Assembly: GCA_965534785.1 (NCBI GenBank)
Contig: CBETCF010000001.1
Span: forward strand, 1-32,791
Reading direction: 5' to 3'
From: an uncultured Psychrobacter sp.
GTDB taxonomy: Bacteria > Pseudomonadota > Gammaproteobacteria > Pseudomonadales > Moraxellaceae
Length of the DNA stretch: 32,791 nt
Under the pieces are notes generated by a model. It was not told where the DNA came from and searched no databases. It worked only from the letters and a program-made list of their open reading frames with translations. This document shows, one piece after another, positions 10,043-18,809 of the stretch. The position numbers and the translations under genes were made by a program. Position 1 is the first letter of the stretch; every line of letters begins with the position of its first letter.

Positions 10043-10186
10043 TCAATGTTGAACATTATGAGCAATGACTGGAATGGGACTCGCCCCAAATTGCATAGAT
10101 TGGCAACCGCTTTGTGAAGTCGCCAATATAAATAAACAGCTAACACTAAATGCTCTCACAATAATTGCTTTAAGGATTGTCTTCAA
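10043..10186 (-). CDS. Candidate small lipoprotein (47 aa)
   Basis: Within track ORF 10043..10264. A TTG at 10186 preceded by GAGAG gives MKTILKAIIVRAFSVSCLFILATSQSGC-QSMQFGASPIPVIAHNVQH: basic N-terminus, hydrophobic core and an imperfect SGC lipobox. Converges on the 9952 hairpin. Confidence 0.45.
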   Translation of the reverse strand: MKTILKAIIVRAFSVSCLFILATSQSGCQSMQFGASPIPVIAHNVQH

Positions 10187-10529
10187 AGTAGTTAGGCTCT
10201 CAACCGTTATAAGTATTAAAAATAATAAGCGGATTATACCTGATGGCAACCACATTTTTAGCACTCTTAATAAAATATTTAGTTTGTATAGACTTTAACC
10301 ATACCAATGTAGTGTAACTTTTGTAAAGTATTTTAACCAGTAAGTTAATAAACTAGCAATAATTCAGAAATAATATAAAGTTTAGCTTATATGATAATGA
10401 CTAGTTGATAAAAGACCCTCTACTATCTTTACTCTGTATCAAGGTTATAAAAACGATATCAGCAAAAATTAATAATAATTTAAAACATTAATAAGCGTAA
10501 TTAATAACTGTTAGCTTGACGAGGATATT

Positions 10530-11972
10530 ATGAAGCCACTCTACCTAATGCTATCGATGTTTGCTATCGGTCTCACTTCTACTGCCGCATTAGCTGAAGC
10601 GGCAAGTTTACCTGAAGCAGCAAGTCTGCCTAATGTGAGCCCAGCCAATAGTGATTTGGTTAACCGCGGTGCTTATATTGCCCGTGCCGCTGACTGTATG
10701 GCTTGTCATGGTGATGACTATACTGGTGGTAACCCTATTGAAACCCCTATGGGTAGTATTTATTCCACCAATATTACGCCCTCGAAGCAGTATGGTATTG
10801 GTAAATACACTGAGAAAGATCTCAAAAATGCGCTAAAAAAGGGTCGTGCGCCCAATCATATGATTTATCCGGCCATGCCTTATCCTTCTTATAGCGGTAT
10901 GACTGATGAAGATATCAACGCGCTGTTTGCTTATCTACAAAGCGTACCGGCTTATGATGAAGCTCCTGACTATAAGACTAGCTTGCCATTTCCTTTTAAC
11001 TTCCGCTTTTTAATGCTTGGGTGGAATGTACTCAACGTTCCTTCTACTAATAATCGTGAAGGGCTAACTGAAACTCAGCAACGCGGAGAGTATTTAGTTA
11101 ATAATCTTGGTCATTGCGGCACTTGTCATACCCCGCGAAATAGTACGATGGGCTTCGATAAGTCGAATTATTTATCAGGTGCTGAATTAGGAGTTTGGTA
11201 TGCGCCCAACATTACTCCTGATGAAACTAGCGGAATTGGTAGCTGGAGTGAGCAAGATATTGTCACTTACCTGCGTACCGGTAAGCTTGATCAGCGCGCT
11301 TATGCAGGTGGGCCAATGGCGGAAGCTGTGGCACACAGTACGCGTTATCTAAAAGATGAAGATTTAGGGGCTATTGCTTCCTATCTAAAAGTAGTACCTG
11401 TGGTACAAACTGAAGACAAAGTGAGACCAGTGGATGCTTCACGCTTGCCAAGTCCTATTAACGAGTCAATCACTCATGACTTGCTTGCACAAGATGACTA
11501 TCTAACCCAAGCTAAAGCGCAAGTCAGTGGTGGTAGCAATTCTCCAGAAGCGTTATATTTAGCAGAGTGTGCAAGCTGCCATGGCGTTAATGGTTACGCT
11601 CAGCCCGATGCTCGTTATGCGCCTATCGTTGGGTTAAGTAGTATTCGCCGTGATAACCCTAATGCCTTAGTTAATATCATATTGCATGGCGCTGCTGGTG
11701 GCACGGATACTAGTCCGAAGATGCCAGGCTTCGCAGAGGAATTAAGCAGTGAGCAAATTGCTAATATTGCTAATTACGTGCGAGTCAAATTTGGTAGTCT
11801 TCCTAGCAGTGAGCTGAGTGCTGATGATATTGATCAAATTAAGAACTCTGAGCCGAGTCAACCTTTTTTGATTAAACATGCAGGTTTATTAGCCGCTTTA
11901 GGAATTATCGCTGCTATCGTCATTATCTTCCTTATCATTCGAGCCATTATACGTTCTAGACGTCTTAGTTAG
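10530..11972 (+). CDS. Membrane-anchored triheme cytochrome c (gluconate/sorbitol/fructose/alcohol dehydrogenase cytochrome subunit family)
   Basis: Sec signal peptide; three CxxCH motifs (CMACH, CGTCH, CASCH); family motifs RGAYIARAADC, TPMGSIYSTNITP, YPAMPY, RGEYLV..LGHC, WYAPNITPD, GPMAEAV, MPGF; C-terminal TM helix then RSRR; GAGG RBS. Confidence 0.92.
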   Translation: MKPLYLMLSMFAIGLTSTAALAEAASLPEAASLPNVSPANSDLVNRGAYIARAADCMACHGDDYTGGNPIETPMGSIYSTNITPSKQYGIGKYTEKDLKNALKKGRAPNHMIYPAMPYPSYSGMTDEDINALFAYLQSVPAYDEAPDYKTSLPFPFNFRFLMLGWNVLNVPSTNNREGLTETQQRGEYLVNNLGHCGTCHTPRNSTMGFDKSNYLSGAELGVWYAPNITPDETSGIGSWSEQDIVTYLRTGKLDQRAYAGGPMAEAVAHSTRYLKDEDLGAIASYLKVVPVVQTEDKVRPVDASRLPSPINESITHDLLAQDDYLTQAKAQVSGGSNSPEALYLAECASCHGVNGYAQPDARYAPIVGLSSIRRDNPNALVNIILHGAAGGTDTSPKMPGFAEELSSEQIANIANYVRVKFGSLPSSELSADDIDQIKNSEPSQPFLIKHAGLLAALGIIAAIVIIFLIIRAIIRSRRLS

Positions 11973-12199
11973 AGTGACACCAATGACTATAAATAAAAAA
12001 TATTAATCGACTAAAAATAAGGTAAATGACACTGCTAAAGTAATTGATTATCAACTATAAAGCTTATGTTTTTTTTAGTGAAAAATTAATTTAAAAAAGA
12101 TAGTAAAGTTTGATTAATTTGGTAAAAAAATATTATTCATCAATGATATATATCAATTATTGCTAGCAGACATGACCGTCATACCAAAAGGACAACATC

Positions 12200-13801
12200 A
12201 TGAAAGATATGCTTCAATCACCAACACGGCGCCAGTTGCTCTCGATGATCGGTAAGACTGCTGGAGCGACAGCTATGTATCAAGCCATGACTACGTTAGG
12301 GTTTGCGGCAGAGTCTAGCTTCAAAGAAACGGTAGACCTTAAGGGCGCACCTCCTGGTGCTAGTATCGTTATCCTTGGTGCTGGTCTTGGTGGTCTGACC
12401 GCTGCTTACGAGCTACGTAAAGCCGGCTATGATGTCAAGGTATTAGAATATCAAAACCGTGGTGGCGGTCGGAGTTGGACCCTACACAGTGGTGATAAAT
12501 ATACCGAGCTTGGCGGCGAAGAGGTCACTTGTGATTTTGAAGAAGGTAATTACTTCAATGGTGGCCCGTGGCGTCTACCAAGTCATCACTATGCCGTGTT
12601 CCATTATTGTAAAGAGTTCGGCGTAGAGATGCAGCCCTTTATTCAAACCAATGATCGTGCTTATCTGCACCGCACTACTCATTTTGACGGCGTACCACAG
12701 CGTTTGGGTGATGTAAAAAATGATATTCAGGGTAATCTTGCAGAATTGCTATCAAAGTCAGTGAATGTCGGTGGCCTTGATCGTTCGGTTAATTCTGAGG
12801 ATAAAGAAAAACTGCTTGAGGGTCTAAAAGGCTGGGGTGTGCTTGATAAGGACTATCGCTACCGCTCTAGCCATGCGACCACCAAGCATCGTGGTTATAG
12901 TGTCTTCCCAGGTGGCGGCTTAATGCCAGATGCCGAGCCTTCTAAGACTTTGCCTATTACTGAGATATTAGATTCAGGCATGTGGGCCGATATTTATGGC
13001 AATCATATGACTTATGGGCATCAACCCACTATGTTTCAGCCAGTTGGTGGTATGGGTAAAATTGGGGATGCCTTTACTCGCGAATGCCGTGAAATGATCG
13101 AGTTCAACGCTAAAGTCACTAAGATCAACCAAGACGAAACTGGCGTTACCGTAGATTATGTTGATAGCAATAGCCCTGATGGCGCGACTAAATCAGTGCG
13201 TGCCGATTGGTGCATCTGTAATATACCGCTTACCGTATTGACTCAAATCGATATTAACGTCTCAAAACCGATGAAAGAAGCCATGGCAGCTGTGCCTTAT
13301 GAGACTTCTTATAAAGTGGGTTTGGAGTTCAATCGCCGTTTTTGGGAAGAGGATGAATGGATATATGGTGGTTTGACTTACACCGACATGCCTATTGCGC
13401 AGATTGCCTATCCTTCAGAAGATATGTTCAAAACGGGCAGTGGTGTTCTATTAGGGGCTTATGGCTATGGTCCAACCTCTTATAAGTTCAATAGTCTGAC
13501 ACCAAAAGAGCGTATCAATGTGGCGCTTGATTACGGTAAATATATCCATCCGCAGTATCCCAAAGAATTTCGCACCGGTACTTCAGTGGTTTGGCATCGT
13601 ATACCGTGGACATTAGGGTGTTATGGTATTTGGAATGAATCGACTCGCCGTCAGCATTATGACACGCTTTGCAGTATTGATAATCGTATCGTACTAACGG
13701 GCGAGCATTGCTCACATATTCCAGCGTGGCAAGAAGGCGCTATTTTATCTGGTATGGATGCGGCCAAGCGCCTACATAAAAAAGCAAAGATGCTAGGTTA
13801 A
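12200..13801 (+). CDS. Tat-exported flavin-containing amine oxidoreductase (L-amino acid oxidase / monoamine oxidase family)
   Basis: Twin-arginine signal SPTRRQLL; Rossmann GAGLGG..AAYEL; GG motif RGGGRSWT; GPWRLP; MFQPVGGM; YKVGLEFNRRFWE; C-terminal GEHCSHIPAWQEGAILSG; AAAGGA RBS. Confidence 0.92.
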   Translation: MKDMLQSPTRRQLLSMIGKTAGATAMYQAMTTLGFAAESSFKETVDLKGAPPGASIVILGAGLGGLTAAYELRKAGYDVKVLEYQNRGGGRSWTLHSGDKYTELGGEEVTCDFEEGNYFNGGPWRLPSHHYAVFHYCKEFGVEMQPFIQTNDRAYLHRTTHFDGVPQRLGDVKNDIQGNLAELLSKSVNVGGLDRSVNSEDKEKLLEGLKGWGVLDKDYRYRSSHATTKHRGYSVFPGGGLMPDAEPSKTLPITEILDSGMWADIYGNHMTYGHQPTMFQPVGGMGKIGDAFTRECREMIEFNAKVTKINQDETGVTVDYVDSNSPDGATKSVRADWCICNIPLTVLTQIDINVSKPMKEAMAAVPYETSYKVGLEFNRRFWEEDEWIYGGLTYTDMPIAQIAYPSEDMFKTGSGVLLGAYGYGPTSYKFNSLTPKERINVALDYGKYIHPQYPKEFRTGTSVVWHRIPWTLGCYGIWNESTRRQHYDTLCSIDNRIVLTGEHCSHIPAWQEGAILSGMDAAKRLHKKAKMLG

Positions 13802-13844
13802 ATATTTGATTAATATGGATAACTATAAAAATTCAGAGGCTATC

Positions 13845-14492
13845 ATGGACAATATAATCATGAAAAACATGACACCCAAATTGCTGACTATGATGTTGCT
13901 GAGTGCGATAAGCAGTGCAGCACTTTTAGGCTGTAGTCAACAATCAGATGATGTAGAGACTGTGGCTAGTGAGCAAGAGCAAGAGGCGCTATTGGCGACT
14001 GACTATCAAGAAAGCCGTAATACTGGAGCTTGGGGTGCTGTTTATATGAGCCGTGAGGAGCTTGCTGCACCTGCTGTCAACATCGTTGATGACAGCTCAC
14101 TTCCAAGTATGGAAAATGACCCTAGTATCACCAAATGGGAAGCGAAGTTTGAAGGCACAAATGCTTTTGTGACAACAGATGGTAAAAAGTTGTATCACGA
14201 TTCTTGCGCGGCTTGTCATATGCATAAAGGTGAAGGCGCTTACGGTGCTGGCTATTATCCTCCGTTAGCTGATAACAGTAAGATGCAATCAAAATATTAT
14301 ATTATTGATATCTTGATTAATGGTTTTCGTGGTATGCCGTCATTCCATGGCATGATGAACGATGAGCAGCTTGCAGCGGTGACTCAATACGTGGTCACTG
14401 ATTTAAATGGATACACTGATAAGGTTACCGCTGAAGATGTCGCTCAGCTAAGACATGCTAAACCGCCAGCTAGTGATCCAAGTGATGAGTAA
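13845..14492 (+). CDS. Lipoprotein monoheme class I cytochrome c
   Basis: Track ORF starts at 13806; ATG 13845 has a GAGG RBS, but the start is uncertain. Lipobox LLGC, acidic linker, GKKLYHDSCAACH, YPPLA, axial Met in GMPSF. Confidence 0.88.
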   Translation: MDNIIMKNMTPKLLTMMLLSAISSAALLGCSQQSDDVETVASEQEQEALLATDYQESRNTGAWGAVYMSREELAAPAVNIVDDSSLPSMENDPSITKWEAKFEGTNAFVTTDGKKLYHDSCAACHMHKGEGAYGAGYYPPLADNSKMQSKYYIIDILINGFRGMPSFHGMMNDEQLAAVTQYVVTDLNGYTDKVTAEDVAQLRHAKPPASDPSDE

Positions 14493-14530
14493 GTTTTTTT
14501 TATATAATTAATAATTATTATTAGCTAATA

Positions 14531-14568
14531 AAAAAGCGTTCGATACAATACGGTATCGAACGCTTTTT
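14531..14568. terminator. Bidirectional intrinsic terminator between the cytochrome c gene and tolB
   Basis: AAAAAGCGTTCGATAC-aatacg-GTATCGAACGCTTTTT forms a 16-bp perfect stem including A5/T5 tails, between convergent genes. Confidence 0.88.
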
Positions 14569-14629
14569 GCTAGCCTAGTAAAGCGAATGCTTATAAGTTT
14601 TAGGGTAACTAATTTAAATTAGCTAAGCG

Positions 14630-15940
14630 CTACTTATTAGGGCTAGCTGACCAAACGGGTGAGCGAATAACGCCTTGACCTGACTTGCCGAACGCTTCAC
14701 CACCACTCAATGATTTGATTGTCAGTACGCCTTTACCGCCTTGCTCTGAGGCGTATACCACGCGCTTACCATTGGGCGAAAAGCTTGGCGCTTCATCAAT
14801 ACCAGTATTACCTAGATTGGCGGTTATAGCGCCGCCAGTGTTCATGACAGCGGCTGAGCGCCCATTCAAAAAGGCAATTTGTGAGCCATCGCTACTGAAC
14901 TGCGGGCTTGTAGCATAGCTACTATTAGACACTTTGGTCGTGCGCCCTGAGCCAAACTCATAACGATAGATCTGTGGTCTATTAAAGCCGGCTTTATCAG
15001 AGACAAAGACAAAAGATCGTCCATCAGGAGCGTAGCTTGGCTGTACTTCACTGCTTGGCCAGTCGATAAGCTTACGCAAATTACCGCCGCTTGCACTCAT
15101 CTCGTAAATGTCAGAGCTGCCTTCAAAACTACTAGAAAATAATATTTTGCTGCCATCTGGTGAAAACGCGGGACTTAGATTGCTACCTTTATAATTAGCT
15201 ATAACGCTAGCACCGCCGCCACTGACGTTTTGTATATAGATGACTGGATAGGACTTTTCGCGTTGTACAGAATAAGCGATGCGATTGCCGTCAGGAGACC
15301 AAGCTGGCGAGAAGATAGAGCCTTTTACTTCAGTGATGGTTTTGGCGTTTTCACCATCAGCATCCATCACTCTTAAGCGTGAGGTTTTGTTTTTACCGAC
15401 GCCAATCTCTTCAATATAGGCAATGCGTCCAGAGAAATCCCCTGGCGTGCCAGTAATGAGCTCATAAACCTTATCAGCAATGACGTGACCGGCATAACGT
15501 AGACTTTGCGCATCATTATCCGAACTTAGGCTCTGTTTGCCTTGTATCACTCGACCCGTTTGTACTTCGATAACCTCATAATCAGTAATCACTTTGCCGC
15601 GATCCGTGCGGGTACTACCGACTACTAAGTAAGGAATGCCCATACTTTGCCAAACCGGTAAAGTACCGGCTAATTCCGTGCTGCTACGCGGCTGCTGCGG
15701 TAAACCTTGGCTAGTGACTTTTAATTCAGTTCTATTCAAGTCGTTGAGAATAACAGATGATAATACTTTGTCCCCTGCAAAAGGCACTAGGGCGACTTGA
15801 TTTTGTTGTCTTGGCGCGACAACAGTAACGTCGATTTCCATCGGTGCCGCATTTGCAGAGTAGATAGGGGTGAGTAGTACTGGCATCAGTAATAGCGCTG
15901 TTGAGGTTAGGCTTAGAATGGAAAAGGGTAATAATTTCAT
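14630..15940 (-). CDS. tolB: Tol-Pal system beta-propeller protein TolB
   Basis: Signal peptide; HVIADKVYELITGTPGDFSGRIAY; PD40 repeats (SPAWSPDG, SPAFSPDG, QPSYAPDG, APSFSPNG). Follows tolQRA. Confidence 0.93.
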   Translation of the reverse strand: MKLLPFSILSLTSTALLLMPVLLTPIYSANAAPMEIDVTVVAPRQQNQVALVPFAGDKVLSSVILNDLNRTELKVTSQGLPQQPRSSTELAGTLPVWQSMGIPYLVVGSTRTDRGKVITDYEVIEVQTGRVIQGKQSLSSDNDAQSLRYAGHVIADKVYELITGTPGDFSGRIAYIEEIGVGKNKTSRLRVMDADGENAKTITEVKGSIFSPAWSPDGNRIAYSVQREKSYPVIYIQNVSGGGASVIANYKGSNLSPAFSPDGSKILFSSSFEGSSDIYEMSASGGNLRKLIDWPSSEVQPSYAPDGRSFVFVSDKAGFNRPQIYRYEFGSGRTTKVSNSSYATSPQFSSDGSQIAFLNGRSAAVMNTGGAITANLGNTGIDEAPSFSPNGKRVVYASEQGGKGVLTIKSLSGGEAFGKSGQGVIRSPVWSASPNK

Positions 15941-16084
15941 AGGTAAATACCTTAGCTTAATAATGTCTCAATAATGAGGTAGAGTGAATATCTATACTCT
16001 ATAAAGATTTAATTTTTATAATTAAGGTGGTAATGCATTTAGGTTTGTCTAGATTCATTGGTATAGAGCTTAAGCGACCACTAG

Positions 16085-17047
16085 CTATTGAACAACCACA
16101 TTAATAGTCAAATCACTAAACTTTGCCGGATTATTTAGATCAATAGGTAAGGGGCTAGCAGCGAGAGCCGCATCTTCTGCCGCTCTATTAACCGCATCAT
16201 TACCGCCACTGGCTCTGGCAGATAGTACATTGCCTCTGCTATCTAACTTAAGCGCTACTCTAGCCGTCATACCTTGTGTTTCAATGGGCGCTCTTAAATT
16301 TCGTTGAATTTTATCAGCTATACCTTTTTTATAGTCGCCTGCTGAGCGCGATGGTCCGCTACTGCTGGCTGAGCTACCGCCCGTCACTACCGATTGCCCA
16401 TCAGATAGATCAAAAGTTTTGCCTGTACTACTGGAGCTACCCGTTTCTATCTCTATATTGCGATCGGTACTGCTGGGACGGTTGACTCTTGGAGTGTTAT
16501 TTTGCGCAGCACGAAACTCCCTAAGTCTCTTACGTTCTTCGTCGGTATTTTCTTGGTTGCGCTGCTCGACTTGCTCAAGTCGCTCATTAGCTTGCGCCTC
16601 TGCTTGCAGATTCCATTCTGCCAAATCGCGCTCATAATCGGCTGATTGTTCAGCCAATCGTTGCTGTTGATCTTGGCTCATAAGTAACGGATCGTCAGCG
16701 GCTTCATCAGAGCGCATAAACACCGGTACGCTTTGCGAGTTTGACTGAGTCACATCTGGACTGTCATTGCTAGTAGGACTAGCAAACGCTTCGGCTGATG
16801 AAGCACTAGCTGCTGCTTCAGCCGCTGCCGCTTGGTTGGATAATATTTGTCCTTGCAGCTCAGCCAATTGTTCCGGAGATACCATAGTGGTTTCAATCGC
16901 GCCCGCTGCCTCTAACGTTGGCTGCTGATAAGTATAGATCAATAGACCAAACACTATACCATGCGCCAGCAAGCTGAGCAGTGTAGGCAGTGTCAGCCCA
17001 TCACTCTCAGGTTGAGTCGGAATGTAGACGGTAGGAGCATTATTCAT
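16085..17047 (-). CDS. tolA: Cell envelope integrity protein TolA
   Basis: N-terminal TM with SxxxH motif (SLLAHG), long helical/low-complexity linker and a TonB/TolA C-terminal domain. Lies between tolR and tolB. Confidence 0.85.
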   Translation of the reverse strand: MNNAPTVYIPTQPESDGLTLPTLLSLLAHGIVFGLLIYTYQQPTLEAAGAIETTMVSPEQLAELQGQILSNQAAAAEAAASASSAEAFASPTSNDSPDVTQSNSQSVPVFMRSDEAADDPLLMSQDQQQRLAEQSADYERDLAEWNLQAEAQANERLEQVEQRNQENTDEERKRLREFRAAQNNTPRVNRPSSTDRNIEIETGSSSSTGKTFDLSDGQSVVTGGSSASSSGPSRSAGDYKKGIADKIQRNLRAPIETQGMTARVALKLDSRGNVLSARASGGNDAVNRAAEDAALAASPLPIDLNNPAKFSDLTINVVVQ

Positions 17048-17090
17048 GATTATAGTTTGTCAGCTTATCTAGATTAAAATACTTTGGGTG

Positions 17091-17124
17091 CTTACTATTA
17101 TAAAGGACTTACCATTATAAAGAA
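17091..17124. repeat. 17-bp tandem direct repeat in the tolR-tolA spacer
   Basis: CTTACTATTATAAAGGA followed by CTTACCATTATAAAGAA (15/17 identical). Confidence 0.7.
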
Positions 17125-17157
17125 GCTACTACATAGCCGCTAATATAAAAATTAGAG

Positions 17158-17613
17158 TTATTGCGGTATTGGCAAAGGAGGACCGGTGAGCAATCCTACT
17201 TTTTGAATACCCGCTTGTTGCAAGTTGGCCATTAGCGCCACGATGTCGCCATATTGATTGTTTTGATCCGCGTTGATCATTATCTGCAATGGCTGCCCCG
17301 TTTCGGTATTACTCTGTATTTGCAAGTTGGATAAGGTGTTTATCAGCTCAGGCTCGCTGATAGGTACGTCCATATTATTTTCATAGCTAATAAAGATCTC
17401 ACCGCTATCGGTCAAAGAGACGATTACTGGTAATTGATTTTGGTTCATACTAGCCGCTTGCTCTTTAGGTAGGTCTACCTCCACACCAGTGGTCAGCATG
17501 GGTGCGGTTACCATAAAAATGACTAACAATACTAGCATGACATCGATATAAGGCACGACGTTCATGTCGCTATTGAGCGTCGCTTTTTTGCGGCTATAAG
17601 GACTTGGCTTCAT
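17158..17613 (-). CDS. tolR: TolR
   Basis: [23 protein letters not shown] signature. 4-bp overlap with the tolQ stop. Confidence 0.95.
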   Translation of the reverse strand: MKPSPYSRKKATLNSDMNVVPYIDVMLVLLVIFMVTAPMLTTGVEVDLPKEQAASMNQNQLPVIVSLTDSGEIFISYENNMDVPISEPELINTLSNLQIQSNTETGQPLQIMINADQNNQYGDIVALMANLQQAGIQKVGLLTGPPLPIPQ

Positions 17614-18332
17614 AGCGGATTGCTCTGGCTTATCTGAGTGGTGCGAGGAGTTGCCGTTTGGTTCTCAGTGCTAGTCTCACGCTGCAGCATACCGGTCATC
17701 TCGTCACAAAATAATGCTCTAGACTCATACAAACGCGCTGACTTAGCAGTGAAATGGTTATAAGCGAGAACCGCTGGAATAGCAGCGAATAAACCCATAG
17801 CGGTCGCTATCAAGGCTTCGGCAATACCAGGAGCGACTGAGGCAAGAGTAGCTTGTTCAGTTTGTGACAATCCCAAAAAGGCATTCATAATCCCCCAAAC
17901 GGTACCGAATAGACCGACATAAGGCGCTACTGAGCCTATGCTCGCCAGTGTAGTTAGCCCAGATTCCAATAATAACTGCTGACGGCCAAGCCCAACACGA
18001 AGCTTACGCTCAACGGCATCGATGATATCGTCTTTGGGTTGACGCTTTTTATGCATTCTTAGATATTCAGAAAATCCGACATAAAAAATCTGCTCCAAGC
18101 CTTGACGATCAGGGGAGCCTTGTACGCCTTGATAGAGTTTAGCTAAGTCTTCTCCTGACCAAAACCAAGTTTCAAACTGCCGATCATAATTCTTGGCAGT
18201 TCCCAAACGTGAGCTGAAACGAAAGATCACTACCCAGCTTAACAAAGAGGCTAATAACAGTAACGCCATTACAATCTGTACCAACAAACTGGCTTGGGTA
18301 ATAAGGTCGATAATATTTAGAGATTCAGGCAT
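17610..18332 (-). CDS. tolQ: TolQ
   Basis: [57 protein letters not shown]. Confidence 0.96.
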   Translation of the reverse strand: MPESLNIIDLITQASLLVQIVMALLLLASLLSWVVIFRFSSRLGTAKNYDRQFETWFWSGEDLAKLYQGVQGSPDRQGLEQIFYVGFSEYLRMHKKRQPKDDIIDAVERKLRVGLGRQQLLLESGLTTLASIGSVAPYVGLFGTVWGIMNAFLGLSQTEQATLASVAPGIAEALIATAMGLFAAIPAVLAYNHFTAKSARLYESRALFCDEMTGMLQRETSTENQTATPRTTQISQSNPL

Positions 18333-18809
18333 GTAATAGACTCACATAATGAGCTAACGTTAAACAAGCGACATACTTAGGATAACGATACTCTCAAACC
18401 AAATAATAATTCAGTATATTTTATAAATGACAGGGTCGCTTAGTATTATAAGTAGTTGATGGAACTTTGACTATTATAGCGATGTTAATTGAACTCGCTA
18501 GTGTACTGCTAAATGCTAAAAAGGTCATTATTATTATACTATTTAAACAATATACCGTCTGATGGTCAAAAAGTAGATGACAAGCCACAAAAAATATAAT
18601 ATGGTTTGCCTTGCAGGTTAAATTGTAATTTAAGATTGCAAAATATGTCTATAAGTTGATTTTGTGAAACAAAAGCTTATCATATTGCAATTTTAGACTG
18701 ATTATTTTGATGAGGCAGATTTGAGATTTAGTTTTTGAAGTTAGATTTGACAACTTAAATAAACACTGCTAATAGCTGCAACTTCATCAAAGCTATGCTT
18801 AAAGTTAAA

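Noticed and set aside
10065..10298. Plus-strand 77-aa ORF
   Set aside because: No motifs or RBS; the opposite strand has the better lipoprotein-like candidate.
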